Part shown: positions 12,078-23,840 of the stretch, in pieces
Layout of the letters: every line of letters starts with the position of its first letter
Position numbering within the stretch: position 1 is the first letter of the stretch
Assembly (NCBI GenBank): GCA_973895155.1
Contig: OZ316894.1
Span: forward strand, 26,397,240-26,461,239
DNA: 64,000 nucleotides
Reading direction: 5' to 3'
From: Marsupella aquatica
Lineage: Eukaryota > Plantae > Marchantiophyta
Position numbers and translations under genes: made by a program
The notes under the pieces: generated by a model
Seen by the model: the letters and a program-made list of their open reading frames with translations, nothing else
What the model was told of the DNA's origin: nothing
Databases searched by the model: none

Positions 12078-13751
12078 ATGGGTAAGGAGCAGGATAGTCT
12101 GTTGATGTTTCTTTCGATGGAGAAGCAACAGGATCTTGAGGGTTGCTGTGAGGAGAAGCCGAAGCTAGTGGTGCCGGAGCAGCTGCAGAGCGTCAAGGAA
12201 GAAGCTGAAGGTGTGGTATCTACATGCCCGGTGTTCTGGAACTGCTTTGCAGCCGGTTTATTGCTTCTGTCTCTTCTTTCAGGAGCGTACCAGTTTTACC
12301 CTTATTTGCAGCGCTTCCTACGGCCTGAGCAAGTTCAGGAGTATACAGTTGATGTATACGATGTCCCTGGCCGAACGAACGATCAGGTCCTCGATGGATT
12401 TTTTGAAGAGCTTCGATTCGCCGACCCTTTCAGCCATCGTGATGAGTACCAGGGTGAGGCTATTTTGCATGACGGCCGAGCATACCTCACATCTCAGCAC
12501 TCTAGTGACGAGAAGGGTGTGGTTGCAAGGCCCCACAGTGTGGGAAGACTTCTCCACTCTCAGGTACTGCGAATGAAGCACAGAGGTCCCAAGCCTGGTC
12601 AGGAATTTGTGGCCTCTTTCCAAGTCACGTTTGTGTTCTCCATCGAGAATACCCTTGCAGGCAGAGAAGCCACCGGTGATGGTTTTGCATTTGTCATGGT
12701 GCCGGAGGGGAATGTAATGGGGAGCGCTGGTGGAAGCCTTGGCGTCATAGATACGGACAAGGAGTGCTACCACACATTTGCGGTGGAATTCGATACCTGG
12801 AAAAACCCTTCCCTCCATGACATTAGTAACAACCATGTGGGGGTTAATGTGAACTCCATGGTCTCAGTGGTAGCAGAAGAAGCAGGTTATTGGTCATCAG
12901 ATGACAACGAACGACGTGAAAATGAGTTCCAACCTCTGGATCTCACCAGTGGCAAGATTCAAGCTTGGATTGATTATGATGGCATGTCTCAGGAGTTGAC
13001 TGTAAGGATCAGCCCTAGTCTTGGAAAGAAGCCTCACAAGCCGCTTCTGAGGAAAAATCTTGATCTTTCCAAGGTTTTCAACCAGTATATGTCGGTTGGA
13101 TTCTCGGCTGCTACCGGGGACTTCGCTGCCAAGCACATCATCCACGGTTGGCAGTTTGAGGAGAGTAGTACATCTCAGTATTGGCAAAGTGTCGATAATG
13201 TGTACCAGGAGCAAGTATCAGTATCGCCTACGGCTTCCGAGACTTCTAGAAAGTCTCAGCTTTACCATATGGAGGGGCTTCCTAGGGATCTATCAAATCT
13301 TCCAGTGTTCAGGAACCCACACAAGCATCGCCTCGGCGACATGTCCAGGGGGGCAGCTATCACTGCGGCCTTGTCTTCGTCGAAGGAGTCGGCAGAGACG
13401 AGGCCACTGAGGGAAATGAGGAAGCACTGTGCTGAGGTTTTGCCAGATTTCACCAAAATGGACTTCGCGACCTTCAAGGAGCATGTGGTATTGAATTCGT
13501 TGTGGATCTTGTTGGGCTTGGCGTCGGCCGTGCTCTTCATACATCTGCTATTCATTGCCTACCACATCCTCGTGGGATGCTATGACACCTGCTTGGACCA
13601 CAATGGCGAGCCTTTAGGGAAGGTATATCACAGGGTCCTCGACACGTCCGATGAGGATTCGGATAATGCGAGATACGTTCTGGTTGTGAGCGAGATTCAA
13701 CAATACCAACAATCATCTCACTCCGGAAACAGGCTTTCGGATACAGTTTAA
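12078..13751 (+). CDS. Legume (L-type) lectin domain membrane protein, two hydrophobic segments, no kinase; intronless, 557 aa
   Basis: First ATG at 12078. Lectin_legB motifs: GRLLHS, ASFQVTFVFSI, GDGFAFVMVP, FAVEFDTWKN, NNHVGVNVNS, WIDYDG, MSVGFSAATG..HIIHGWQF. N-terminal hydrophobic segment FAAGLLLLSLLSGAYQF and C-terminal segment LWILLGLASAVLFIHLLFIAYHILVG. Confidence 0.92.
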   Translation: MGKEQDSLLMFLSMEKQQDLEGCCEEKPKLVVPEQLQSVKEEAEGVVSTCPVFWNCFAAGLLLLSLLSGAYQFYPYLQRFLRPEQVQEYTVDVYDVPGRTNDQVLDGFFEELRFADPFSHRDEYQGEAILHDGRAYLTSQHSSDEKGVVARPHSVGRLLHSQVLRMKHRGPKPGQEFVASFQVTFVFSIENTLAGREATGDGFAFVMVPEGNVMGSAGGSLGVIDTDKECYHTFAVEFDTWKNPSLHDISNNHVGVNVNSMVSVVAEEAGYWSSDDNERRENEFQPLDLTSGKIQAWIDYDGMSQELTVRISPSLGKKPHKPLLRKNLDLSKVFNQYMSVGFSAATGDFAAKHIIHGWQFEESSTSQYWQSVDNVYQEQVSVSPTASETSRKSQLYHMEGLPRDLSNLPVFRNPHKHRLGDMSRGAAITAALSSSKESAETRPLREMRKHCAEVLPDFTKMDFATFKEHVVLNSLWILLGLASAVLFIHLLFIAYHILVGCYDTCLDHNGEPLGKVYHRVLDTSDEDSDNARYVLVVSEIQQYQQSSHSGNRLSDTV

Positions 13752-15971
13752 TATTATATTTTGCTTTCCATTCCTGGTTAGAATTAATTGGCACCACAAG
13801 GTTCGATCATGCGCGGACCCTTATACTTGTAAAATAGAATTATTTTTTGCCCTATGAGAAGTGTATCTTGTCACACTATGTACAGCCGAACGATTCAAAG
13901 GAGTAGTTGAGTGAGGTATAGCTACCTCACTCTCATAGTTACAATGACTATGAACGATGTCTATGTAGATAAATGGTTCCGCTCCATTGAGCCTCCATTG
14001 AAATAAAGACGAGTTGCGAAGTGAATACTAAATTGATTTTATTACACATTTGACATCTCGTTGCTGTATCATTCTCTTACTCTGTGGCTTTGGTGACATT
14101 GAACTTAGTATTGAATGAATCGAATGAGGTGCATGAAGAGGGTGTGCTCTATGCCCCATAATTCCACTGGAAAGAACGGATTTGAAACCAATAGACGGCT
14201 CACCGTTGCAAAGGTAGTCCTTTTTCGCTTCACTGATTCTCGAGCAAGCGATGCCTCAATAGTAGCTTTTACCACCTTCGTTGTGTCTTCCTTTCCGCAA
14301 GGAAGAATCCCGGGCAAGATCACACGGCCGTTTGCGTACGTGTGTACGGGCCGGACATTCGTGGAACCAGGACTCCACCTTCCGAAGTTTGTCTCTCACT
14401 GGAGAACCCACGTGCCCGAGGGTTTGAACCTGGGCTGTGCAGGCGCAGGAAAGTGTTCTACCACCAGAACAAGGCCCAACGCCCGACGATTGAATTTGCG
14501 ACGTGGACGGTGAAAAAAGTGGACGGTGAAGGAAAGGGTTCTCCCCCCCTAGCAAGGCCCAACTGCTGGGAGTAAGAAACACTTACTTTCTTAATCGAGA
14601 AATCAGGGTGGAAGCGTTGCCCGCAGCCCTCGTCGTGTTCAATCAGTGATTGCTCTTTGAGACGTTGAGTACCGGCTATCAAACTTTATTCCATGTGGAG
14701 CCTGCTCGCAGCATCAGTGTTGTGGACAACTGCAAGATTCTGATTTCAGACAAGACCCTTTTCCGATAGCTGCTAGAAATCCGACGGGGATGGCTTCATA
14801 TCCGCATTATGAACGCTATGTTGGCTCAGACAGACGATACCACTGGAATAATGATCGTGATTCGTGATGCCCTTCTAAGAAAACAAGAATAAATGAGATC
14901 ATTTTGTTGTTTTGTGTTTTGTGCCAAATACAGTCGAAATATACCCTGGCCTTACTTCCCCACTTCTCAATTCTACGACGTCAATGAAGTGGTCATGATC
15001 TGGGAATCTTAATTGGCTACCGACAAATTTCTTTTCATCAAAATAACGACCGAGGGTTCCCTTTTACCCAAGGAAGTGGTCGGCGATCTTGAAATTCGGA
15101 GATTGATTACTTTTCATTAAAAGAACAAACTAAGGTCCCCTTTTTACCCGACCTTTTCTGGACTAAATTCGATGAAAGAATCCTTCAGTCTTTGGGCCCC
15201 AGGGCCTTTATGTTTTGGGGATGGCATCTGTTGTCTCACTGAATGGAATTCAAGGCAAAATTTTCAAGGCAAAGTTTTCCCTATGAACACCGTGTGTAAA
15301 TATTCCCTATGTACGATAGTCTGTGTTGTCAAAGTTTGCACGTTTTGATGACCCTAAACTTTGCAAGTAGTAACATTGGCAACTTTTTTTTCCAAAATCA
15401 TGTTTTATTTAGCTGATACAAGCCACTCCAACCAAGGGTTTAGGGTTTAGGGTAAAGCACCTAGACAACACGCATCCAGGAAGATGGCGTATGTGTTGGC
15501 AAGTTCTGACCAAATGATGCTCTGCGCTTCTGAAGAAATCTATAGTTTTATCTAGTAGTCGTGCATGATTGTGTCCACGGCAGTTGTACCCTTCGACGTT
15601 GCAGAGCGCTGGCTGGATCTGTGCTGCTGGAGACGCTGGAGTGCTGGTGTTGCCAAGTTAAAAAGACATCATGCTCGGCGTTTCTCTGAAAGATCAATCA
15701 CGTTGGTAAAATTCGTACATATTTGTTCACCAACTCATGATTCAAAGTGCAGTCTTCGAGGTTGCACAACGCTCCAACTATCATTCTCTGCCTTTATGAG
15801 GAATTCAATCATGGTCACGGAAAACATTATCTTATCATGTGGAAGTATATCTGTCCACCCACCCATTGAAACCTGAACTACGACCTTCTGGATTCTGGAA
15901 CCAACAGTAGCTTACGAACTCGACTTCGCCGAGCCTCCAGTTCGACTTCTGGAGACCTGTTCCATTGGGTT

Positions 15972-16253
15972 GCCATTTTTTCGAAATGGATGCATCTGTG
16001 TCGTTTTGATTGTGGTTTTGCACTGTCTCTTTAAGTATTTTTGAATCGGCTCTCTGGAGTTTACGTTTACGAGGCTCCAACGTCATGCCATATAGCTAGA
16101 AGGTCAGTTCAAGTCAGCCATCTTTTCGAAATGGATGCACCTGTGTCGTTTTGATTGTGGTTTTGCATTGTCTCTTTAAAGTAAAATTTGAATCTGCTCT
16201 CTGGGTTTTACGTTTACGAGGCTCCTACGTCATGTGATATAGCTAGAAGGTCG
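15972..16253. repeat. Tandem duplication, 2 x ~145 bp
   Basis: GCCAT.TTTTCGAAATGGATGCA.CTGTGTCGTTTTGATTGTGG...TATAGCTAGAAGGTC at 15972 and ~16117. Confidence 0.9.
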
Positions 16254-16292
16254 TTCAATGTAATCTGTGGCCCCAAAACCCATATACCAAGG

Positions 16293-16560
16293 TTCTCTAG
16301 CTTGGATTTAACCTGGGCAACAAAATAGTAGCTTGAGATTAGACTAGAGCACCCAGTCGCAATGACTCAACAGTCCTCAATAATTCTCACCAGAGCATTT
16401 CTCTACCTTGATGCAACCTAGACAACGAAATTGTAGCCGGAGATTAGACTAAAGCACTTAGACCCAATGATTTAACAGTCCTCAATATTCCCGGAACCGT
16501 TCTCTACTATAGCTTGGATTCACCCTGGGCAACAACATAGTAGGTGGAGATTAGACTAAA
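16293..16560. repeat. Degenerate tandem repeats
   Basis: TAGCTTGGATT.ACC.TGGGCAACAA occurs twice and GAGATTAGACTA three times. Confidence 0.7.
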
Positions 16561-17526
16561 ACACGTGGTCCCACTTAACAGGCAAGCTTCCTTCTTATTG
16601 GTTTTTCCCTGGTTTCCCCCCTTTAATGGTTCGTCCTTCTTCCTATTTGTGTTTCCCTTGTTTTCTTCCTTTCATTGGGTCGTACGTGTTTGGGATCCTT
16701 TCTCTAGGTATGGCACTTCTTGCTCTTTGGCATTGTTATAGATATTTATTCAAATGACGTTGGAGCTTCTACAATGCAGCTTAACTCCAAAGGGGAAGCA
16801 ACTCAGTACAAAGGCTGGGTACTTTCCAAAATGGCTGGAGCCTTGGGTGAGCAACAAATTGCAAGGAGGTTTGGGGACGCCCAACAGGCCCCCTCCAAAG
16901 AAACCAAGAGTGCAGTGAAAGGTGGGACCAAACAGGCCATCAGCAGAGAAGTGGAATCAATTCGCAAAGGAGGATGTCAATCCAAGGGCTCCTCTAAATT
17001 GTTTCAAGTGTTGCCAGGCGGACCGCTATAGCTAGAAAGGGTTGTCTGCATGCAAAAGAAAACCATTGGGGAAGGAGGACTCAACTCCGTGCAGGTGGAT
17101 TCCAAAGTTCTAGAGTTTGATGCTAACAAGCTAGTAATTAAATAAGCTCTGCTTGGAATCTTTTTGAATGGGTAGACAAGGAACCTTGTTGGAATGAACC
17201 ATTGGTCATTGATTTGCCTGACAAGAATAACAAGTGCATATCTTCCTTGGAAATGTTTTTTCATGATTTTATTAGATAGTGACCATGAAAACCCCGTGGC
17301 AAGGAAGAACAGAAAGAGTGATCCCATAACACACAATCAACCACCCCACCTGGAGTGCGGCAACAACAACATGTGATGAAAGCCCAGAGACCAGGCTGTC
17401 AATCTCAAACACAGGGATCTCAAGACCAGCGAACCCCATTGGCCAGAGAAAGTCCTATCTAGATGTAATCCAGATCTGTCGGCTATTCAACCAAACAATT
17501 CTTTCCTGTATAAGTGTCTCCTTCAC

Positions 17527-18940
17527 TCAAAGCAATCGTGTATGTCGTCTGCTCGGGGGCACACACAGGCCCACCGCCGATGCATGGTCAGCAGCTTCTG
17601 AGAGAATAAAGCGAAGATCGAATGTCCTAAAGCCATTGGCCTGAAACATGTGCGCATTCCTACTCTGCCATAAGGACCATAGAATCTGATAGAACATAAA
17701 TAGCTTTGCAATTGTCCCAGGGTCTTCCTTAGCAGTGAGAAGCAACAGCTCAAGTATCCTATCCGCATAATCAGTAAAGGTACCTGAGAAACACGCTGCA
17801 GCTAATGACCAACATCTCTTGGCATGAGTACATTGGGAGAAAAGATGGGGGATAGTTTCTACTGTTCCATTGCACAGTTTACAGTACCCTTCTCCTTTGT
17901 CAATGCGCCTGGCTCGCACCCCGGTAAAGAGACCTGAAGCCAATATCCTCCAAATAAACGTACGTCTTAGCACGGGAGGACAGATCAGAGCACCACAATC
18001 CATTCCAACCTGCATTCCATTCATCTTTTGTTTTTGTGCTACCCCATGTACGATTCAGGCTTTCGTAGTCTCGGACCAGGGGGCGAAGCAGCATGTACGC
18101 CCTCAGATTAGAGATCCTGAATCTATTAATAGGATCAGGCCTGTCAACCCATCTCCAGCACCAGGGACCAGTGACATAGCTCATCATGCAACCATCTATT
18201 GCGCTGACCTTCCGTAAGAACTCCCTGCAACAAGCTTTCTCAAACAAGGTGAAGCCTTGGAGGTGTTCTAGCTGCTCATACAAATTGCGCCATTCATTCC
18301 GTTCAGTAGACCATAAGTCTTGGATGCCTCTTATACCCAGTCGGCCACACAGCACAGTAACGACCTCAAAATTAGTGTTGGGCCAAGATTGGAAACCGAT
18401 GAGACAGCCGAGGGTGTCCATGGTGTTCCACCTGCCAGGCATCGTGTTAGTGGGAGCAAAGATCAGGTGGGAGCGAAGCTGCGCCCACGCTTTCCACAAG
18501 CCTCCAGTATATGAAAGTCCATTAAAGGACCGAGGGCTACATAATAACATCTTGTCCTGAAATGAGTACTTATTCCTACGTATCCACTTATAGTTCATCC
18601 AACCCACGAGTTTCAGATTTTCTGCAAAGAGACAGGCCCATTCAGTATTAGGGCTGTCCATAGCTCCAGTGAACCATTTGGATAATAAAGCATCGGAGTG
18701 GCTGCGAAAATCCTTCAGCCTGAGACCCCCCAACAGCCTAGGTCTGGCCATTCTGGCCCAAGAGACAAGTGGGATCCTCTTGCCCCCCGCTGGATTGTAT
18801 CCCCACAAAAAGTCCCGACAGAGCGCTATCATTTTCTTTGCGAGTCCCTCAGATGCTCTTAGAAACATGGAGTGGTAAATGGGGATAGCCTGTAAAATGT
18901 GTCTAACCAGGAGTGTGCGACTTGAGAAGGACAAGTGCAT
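17527..18940 (-). mobile_element. 5'-truncated L1-type LINE, ORF2 C-terminal part (post-RT region plus zf-RVT), frameshifted
   Basis: ORF 17900-18940 has LSFSSRTLLVRHILQAIPIYH, CRDFLWG and LVSWARMARPRLLGGLRLKDF, typical of plant L1 ORF2. Overlapping frame 17527-18024 has the zinc finger CKLCNGTVETIPHLFSQC and LWSLWQSRN. Confidence 0.9.
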
Positions 18941-19042
18941 ATCTTGATTTCATGTTTGTACATTTGCAAGTGGCTATGAGTGTATTCTTGCGCTGGTGGA
19001 CATAGCAACTTTGAAAAACTTCATAAGTGAGGGGTTATGACA

Positions 19043-22000
19043 TTGCTAAGAGTCTTGGCGGTGTTGCGTGATGCATTGCAATCATGCAAGTTTTCGAATG
19101 GCAGGTTCCATTTTGTTACTCATAAAGTCCTTAGGTTAGGGCTTACTCTAAGCGGGAAAACCCGAGAGTCTAAGTGTAGGGAGGACTAGTCCTGTATATC
19201 CTAGATAGTACAGAGATGCACTTAGTCTTATCACTATGGATTTCGTTAAGCGTTGTCCTGTAGTACCCCAACCTAGGTATAGTAAACCCAATAGTAAAGA
19301 GGAAGTCCCCACAATCCCTTAGGGGCCGGAAATTCTAGGCAGTGCCAAAATGGTCTAGGCATGTAGGGGAAGGGGGTAAGGCAGAGTAAAGACAATTGAA
19401 ATCAAGACCAAGCTAATCACTCATATGTGGATCCAAAAAGACATGACAGGAGGCTTTAAGACTAGACAAAATTGGCTACAAGTCAATCAAGGTCACCTCA
19501 ACCAAGGAAGAGAAGAAACCAAACAGGCTAAGGTAAAGAGGGAGGCAGAAATATGGGTCCATCATATTGAACCTATCAATAAGTCCATCATTGATATGGT
19601 CAATGATGTACACTCGGATTTCCTACCAAAGAGCATATCCAAAGAAGGGGAAATCATAGGATTGAATTAATACTTGAGTTTATGCCAGTGGCAAAAAGAC
19701 CTTAGTGGATGAGCATGTCAGAATAATAGGTTGTGATGCATACCTTGGCACAGTTGGAAGGACATGGGTTCACTAGGTCAAGTGCCAATGCTTAGGGTGC
19801 ACTGAAGATGTTTGTTATCAAGAAGGTTGGGACCCTCTTCCTTTGTGTTGGATACTGCACTCTCAACAAATAAACAAGTACCCATTGCCCCACTGTGATC
19901 ACTTGTTGATGCCTTGGTGGAAGCCAAAATAACACTTCTCTAAGATGGACCTAAGGATGGGATATTATCAATTCTGGTTGGCTAAACCCTAAACGCTGAA
20001 GGCCAAGTGCCAATGCTTATGGTGCCTTGATGATGTTTGTTACCAAAAAGGATCGGACCCTTCGCCTTTATATATATCATTGTGCACTCAACAAATAGAC
20101 TATAAAGAACAAGTACCTAATTCATTGCCCTATCAAGAATGATCGTTAGTCTTGACAAGGTTCCAATGGACCAACTAAGGAATGTGAGATTCCTTGTATA
20201 ACTTGTCAAATAAAGGAAGGTGTTCCATTGGACCAACTAAGAATGCAAGGGTGCGTTCCATCGGGTGATCCATGAATTGAAGAAGGTGATGATATTGGCT
20301 TTGGTTTTGAAGCTATCCAAGGTGGGCAAGCCTTATGAAATATACACAATTGCATTGGATTTTGCCATTGGGGCCATCCTTAATCAAGACTAGCGGGCCC
20401 AGCCAGGGGCCTATCTATTTGTCAAGTTGGAGAATAAATGACCTACTCATTGGCAGGAATGTACTTCATTGCTTGCACTATAAAATAGTGGTACATCCAT
20501 CATGGAGTAACCCCACACCATTTTCAATTATAATTTTTGTACAACTCTTGGCTGAATTATCCATGTTATGCCAAAGCAAAAGTTCCCTATTATGAGATCA
20601 AATCTAAGCTAGGGAGAGATCAAACATAAGCTAGAGAACTTATCAGCTCATGCCTCAATCTTTGTACCCCATTGGCCTGATAGGTTGCTCAATATATGCC
20701 TATGCAAACAATGACTTGGCAACAAGGTGGCTAGCTCAACTGGGAACCAAGGATAAGGTATGGCATGTCTCATTGAGCGAGGCCAAGATCCTTATGAGGA
20801 AGCAGTCAAAGGCGTACATTCCAAAAAAGTTGAGGATGACCATGTTGCCACAATGCCACAATTCTAAATGAGCAAGTCATGAAGCCAAAACATTTATGGT
20901 TTGTTGTGTAAGCAGTGATATTGTTAGGCTTGAAGGAGCAAACTATTGAGCATGTCAATAAGTGTTCTACTTGCTAAAAGAAGCATCCATAGTATTGTAA
21001 GTCTTACGGCTAGGGTTGTTGCAACATACCATTGGTGCCCCATCATCATGGCCCTTGGGAGAGCATCTGAGTGGATTTTGTTATAAACTTGACTAGGTCA
21101 AAAAGCTTTGAATTGATAATGGTAGTGGTTGATTGTGATGGCCTTGTTCTTGTCCTGTACCAAGAAGATTATTGCTATTTAGGTGGTGGGTTTTGTTGTT
21201 TGAATACGTTGTTTATTGTTGGGGGATGCTGAAGGGAATGATATCTCACCGTTATCCAAAGTTTGTGGCAAAGTTTTGGAAGACGCGTATTGTAAAGATG
21301 GATGCGGTCCTATTGCAAAGCTCTGCCAAGTCCCTATGAGCAAGTATATGAGGGATTATATGTTCTAACAAACCCTCACAAGTCATGAGTCAATTGTGAT
21401 CAGTTGAACTTCATTTGCTACTCCCTCCATTGCAAGCCAATGGACGTAGAGTACCACAAGGATGTTAATGCATTCAAGCAAAGCATAGAGGAGGTTGGTT
21501 GGATTCCAACTTGAGGTGCACCCAAGGGTCGGTGGTCCTAGTGTGCCATTATCACTACCTGTGAACAACAAACAACAGTTTGAGATCCACAAGTGATCTC
21601 AAGGACCTAGTAAGTGCATTGTGAAGCAGGCAACACGGGCTGCCATCAGGGCTACCAAGGGAGAAGGTTTGTAGCCAAACCCTGGGTCCAATCAGGGTGC
21701 TACACAGTGAGTCCAAGGATGAAACTTGCAAGCCGGGCTGGCCCCTAACTAAGGGGAAAATGGCATTGGAGTGGATCTAGGAGAAACACCCAAGCTCAAC
21801 GTAGAAGGCAATATACTTGACTCTAAGTATGAGAGAGAAGAGGAAGGCTAATAAGATAACCAAGAAGATAACTAACCCAATTAAGAAAGTGCAAAATCAA
21901 GTGGAGGAGGTGTCATGGCCCTGAGAGAGTAGAGCCTTGCTACTCAACTATCTCACCAACTTAGATAGGAAGATTTTGGGGACACTTCAAGGGATGGAGT
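19043..22000 (+). mobile_element. Decayed Ty3/Gypsy LTR retrotransposon internal region (RT, integrase)
   Basis: RT remnants TLFLCVGYCTLNK..KYPLP (~19830-19890), KMDLRMGYYQF (~19942-19975) and FVTKKDRTLRLY..ALNK (~20035-20100). Integrase remnants PWESI*VDFVINL..IMVVVD (~21052-21135) and ISHRYPKFVAKFW (~21241-21280). Possible LTR end plus degenerate Met-PBS (TTATGACA|TTGCTAAGAG, ~19035-19052) and polypurine tract before TGTGAC at ~21990. Confidence 0.85.
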
Positions 22001-22229
22001 GTGACACATACCCTCAAGATACACACTCATGTAATGCAAGCTCAACTCCACTACTTGGAAGTGGCAGAGACTGAATGCTCACTAGGCTCAAACACCTGCT
22101 GAAAGACATTCACAATGGATCATACCTCCTTGAGCTAACCAAGCAAGCTCCCTAGAGATCATCATAATACTTGTGAGCTGAACAAATAGTGAATTACTAC
22201 TAGTATGCTAAATTACTTAGGGGCCCTTA

Positions 22230-22900
22230 CATATATATCACATTGCAAAAAAGCAAAAAGCACCAAGCAAGGAAATAGGATAGGAGAGGTCACAGACCCA
22301 AATAAGAGGAGTTCGCAACGGGAAAACCCAGGAGGACCAAACAACAAGAAAGCCCAATTTTACCCTAGTAGCAAAGGAACTAATTAAAGCCCTAGCGAGC
22401 AGCAAAGTGAATCGCCTTGTTAGGCTCCAAAGTAAAGTGTATAGGAGGGTCATGCAAGGAATCTGTGTACATGCCCTAAAGCCAACAGCCTTGGCCCTCC
22501 AAAGAATAGTGACCGCCAAAACCAACTTTGACAAGTTAGAACAGTCAGCATACATTATTATGTCCTAAGGCCGCAAGCTCAAGAGGAAATGGGTGAGCCT
22601 CTAACTTGGGAGGATCTGGTTGTGCATTGCAGATCATCACGGATGCCAAAGGTTCCAAAGTGAAGTGCTTGAGGGCATTTTGTCACAACTGGAGTGGTTG
22701 AGGAAGCCTCTGAAAAAATAAATATATCAACCAATGTAACTATATAATTGAGATCAAAAGCTACAGCTCTGCAAGGCCTTTGGACTAGAGTGAGACCTTG
22801 ACTCTGGGGACAAGTTGGGGGTGCAAGTGGAAATTGGGAATTGAGGGTAGGATAAGTCTTTTGAAAACGGTGCATTGGACTTGAATGTCCTCACCTCTAT
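22230..22900 (-). mobile_element. Decayed LINE-like 3' fragment
   Basis: Degenerate ORFs with Cys remnants (TCPQ, KCPQALHFG). Tail ends TTTTTTGCAATGTGATAT on the minus strand, resembling the terminus at ~6210. Confidence 0.35.
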
Positions 22901-23670
22901 TTATGTTCAAGGAACTGACACTCAAATCAAATTCAAATCATTGCAATTGAATTAAGACATGGAAGTTTGTGGGTGATCAAGTGTTTCAGTTCATATAGTT
23001 ATCTCAAAAGTTGGCTTTGAAGTTTGTGGATCAAGTTCAAGCTGCTTGAAGACTCTCTTATCAGTTTATCACGCTCTGTTACTTTTGTTGGACCCTGTTT
23101 ATTTAAGAATGCCCCAAAATTGCCAATGCCGTAAAATGATGAGAATAGTTACATCATAGTTATCAATTATAGGATAACTTAGTTATGGTACAATAAGTAC
23201 ATTTGACATTAAAAGTGATGAGTTTAGCCTCATACTCATGTGAATGGAACTTAAACTAATTATTACAGAGCTTGTTGAGAAGTGAGGAGAGCTTACTCTG
23301 TGGAGATTGGTGTTGCCAACAGAAGTTCAAAAAAGTTCTCTTGTGTGTTCCTGTGGAAATTATCTCAGTTTATGAATCTACTTTATCTGTCAATACTTGT
23401 GTATTCATTGTATGATGCATATGTGCATGCTGACTTTTAAAAGTGGTCATTTGCTCAACAAAACCTACCATGCCAGGTGAACAAGTGAGAGTCACCTTGA
23501 CTACTTGTTGGGAAACAATGCCTTTGTGCTTGACAACACTACATTCTTGCAACTGGTGCCCAAAGTTACTTCATCTGGAGTTCTTTGCATTATGTTTCCT
23601 TTAAGGCAGAGCTATTGCCCAACTCTATGGGAGCCAATCTCATAGGTGCCCAAAATCACTTCATCAAGAC

Positions 23671-23840
23671 TTCTTTACCGACCCCACTAGAGGTCCCTTC
23701 CAAAATTCCTGGCACCACAATGTGTCACGTCAACAACAATCGCAACAAACAAGACTAGTCGGTTTTGTGAATCAAACTTATAGTTTTCATTCGTGTTTGT
23801 GTCAATTTGGGTGTAAATTTTGGGACGCCGTGTCGTAAAA
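23671..23840 (+). repeat. Dispersed repeat (probable DNA-transposon end), copy 1
   Basis: TTCTTTAC.GACCCCACTAGAGGTCCCTTCCAAAATTCCTGGCACCACA...CACGTCAACAACAA...GGGACGCC...CGTAAAA, shared with 51619-51790. Confidence 0.8.

Noticed and set aside
12211-13797. Antisense and alternate-frame ORFs overlapping the lectin (likewise within cyclin T and YSL)
   Set aside because: Shadow ORFs of real coding sequence with no recognisable motifs.
15434-15453. TTTAGGG telomere-type repeats
   Set aside because: Fewer than three full units; at most a telo-box-like motif, not an interstitial telomere array.
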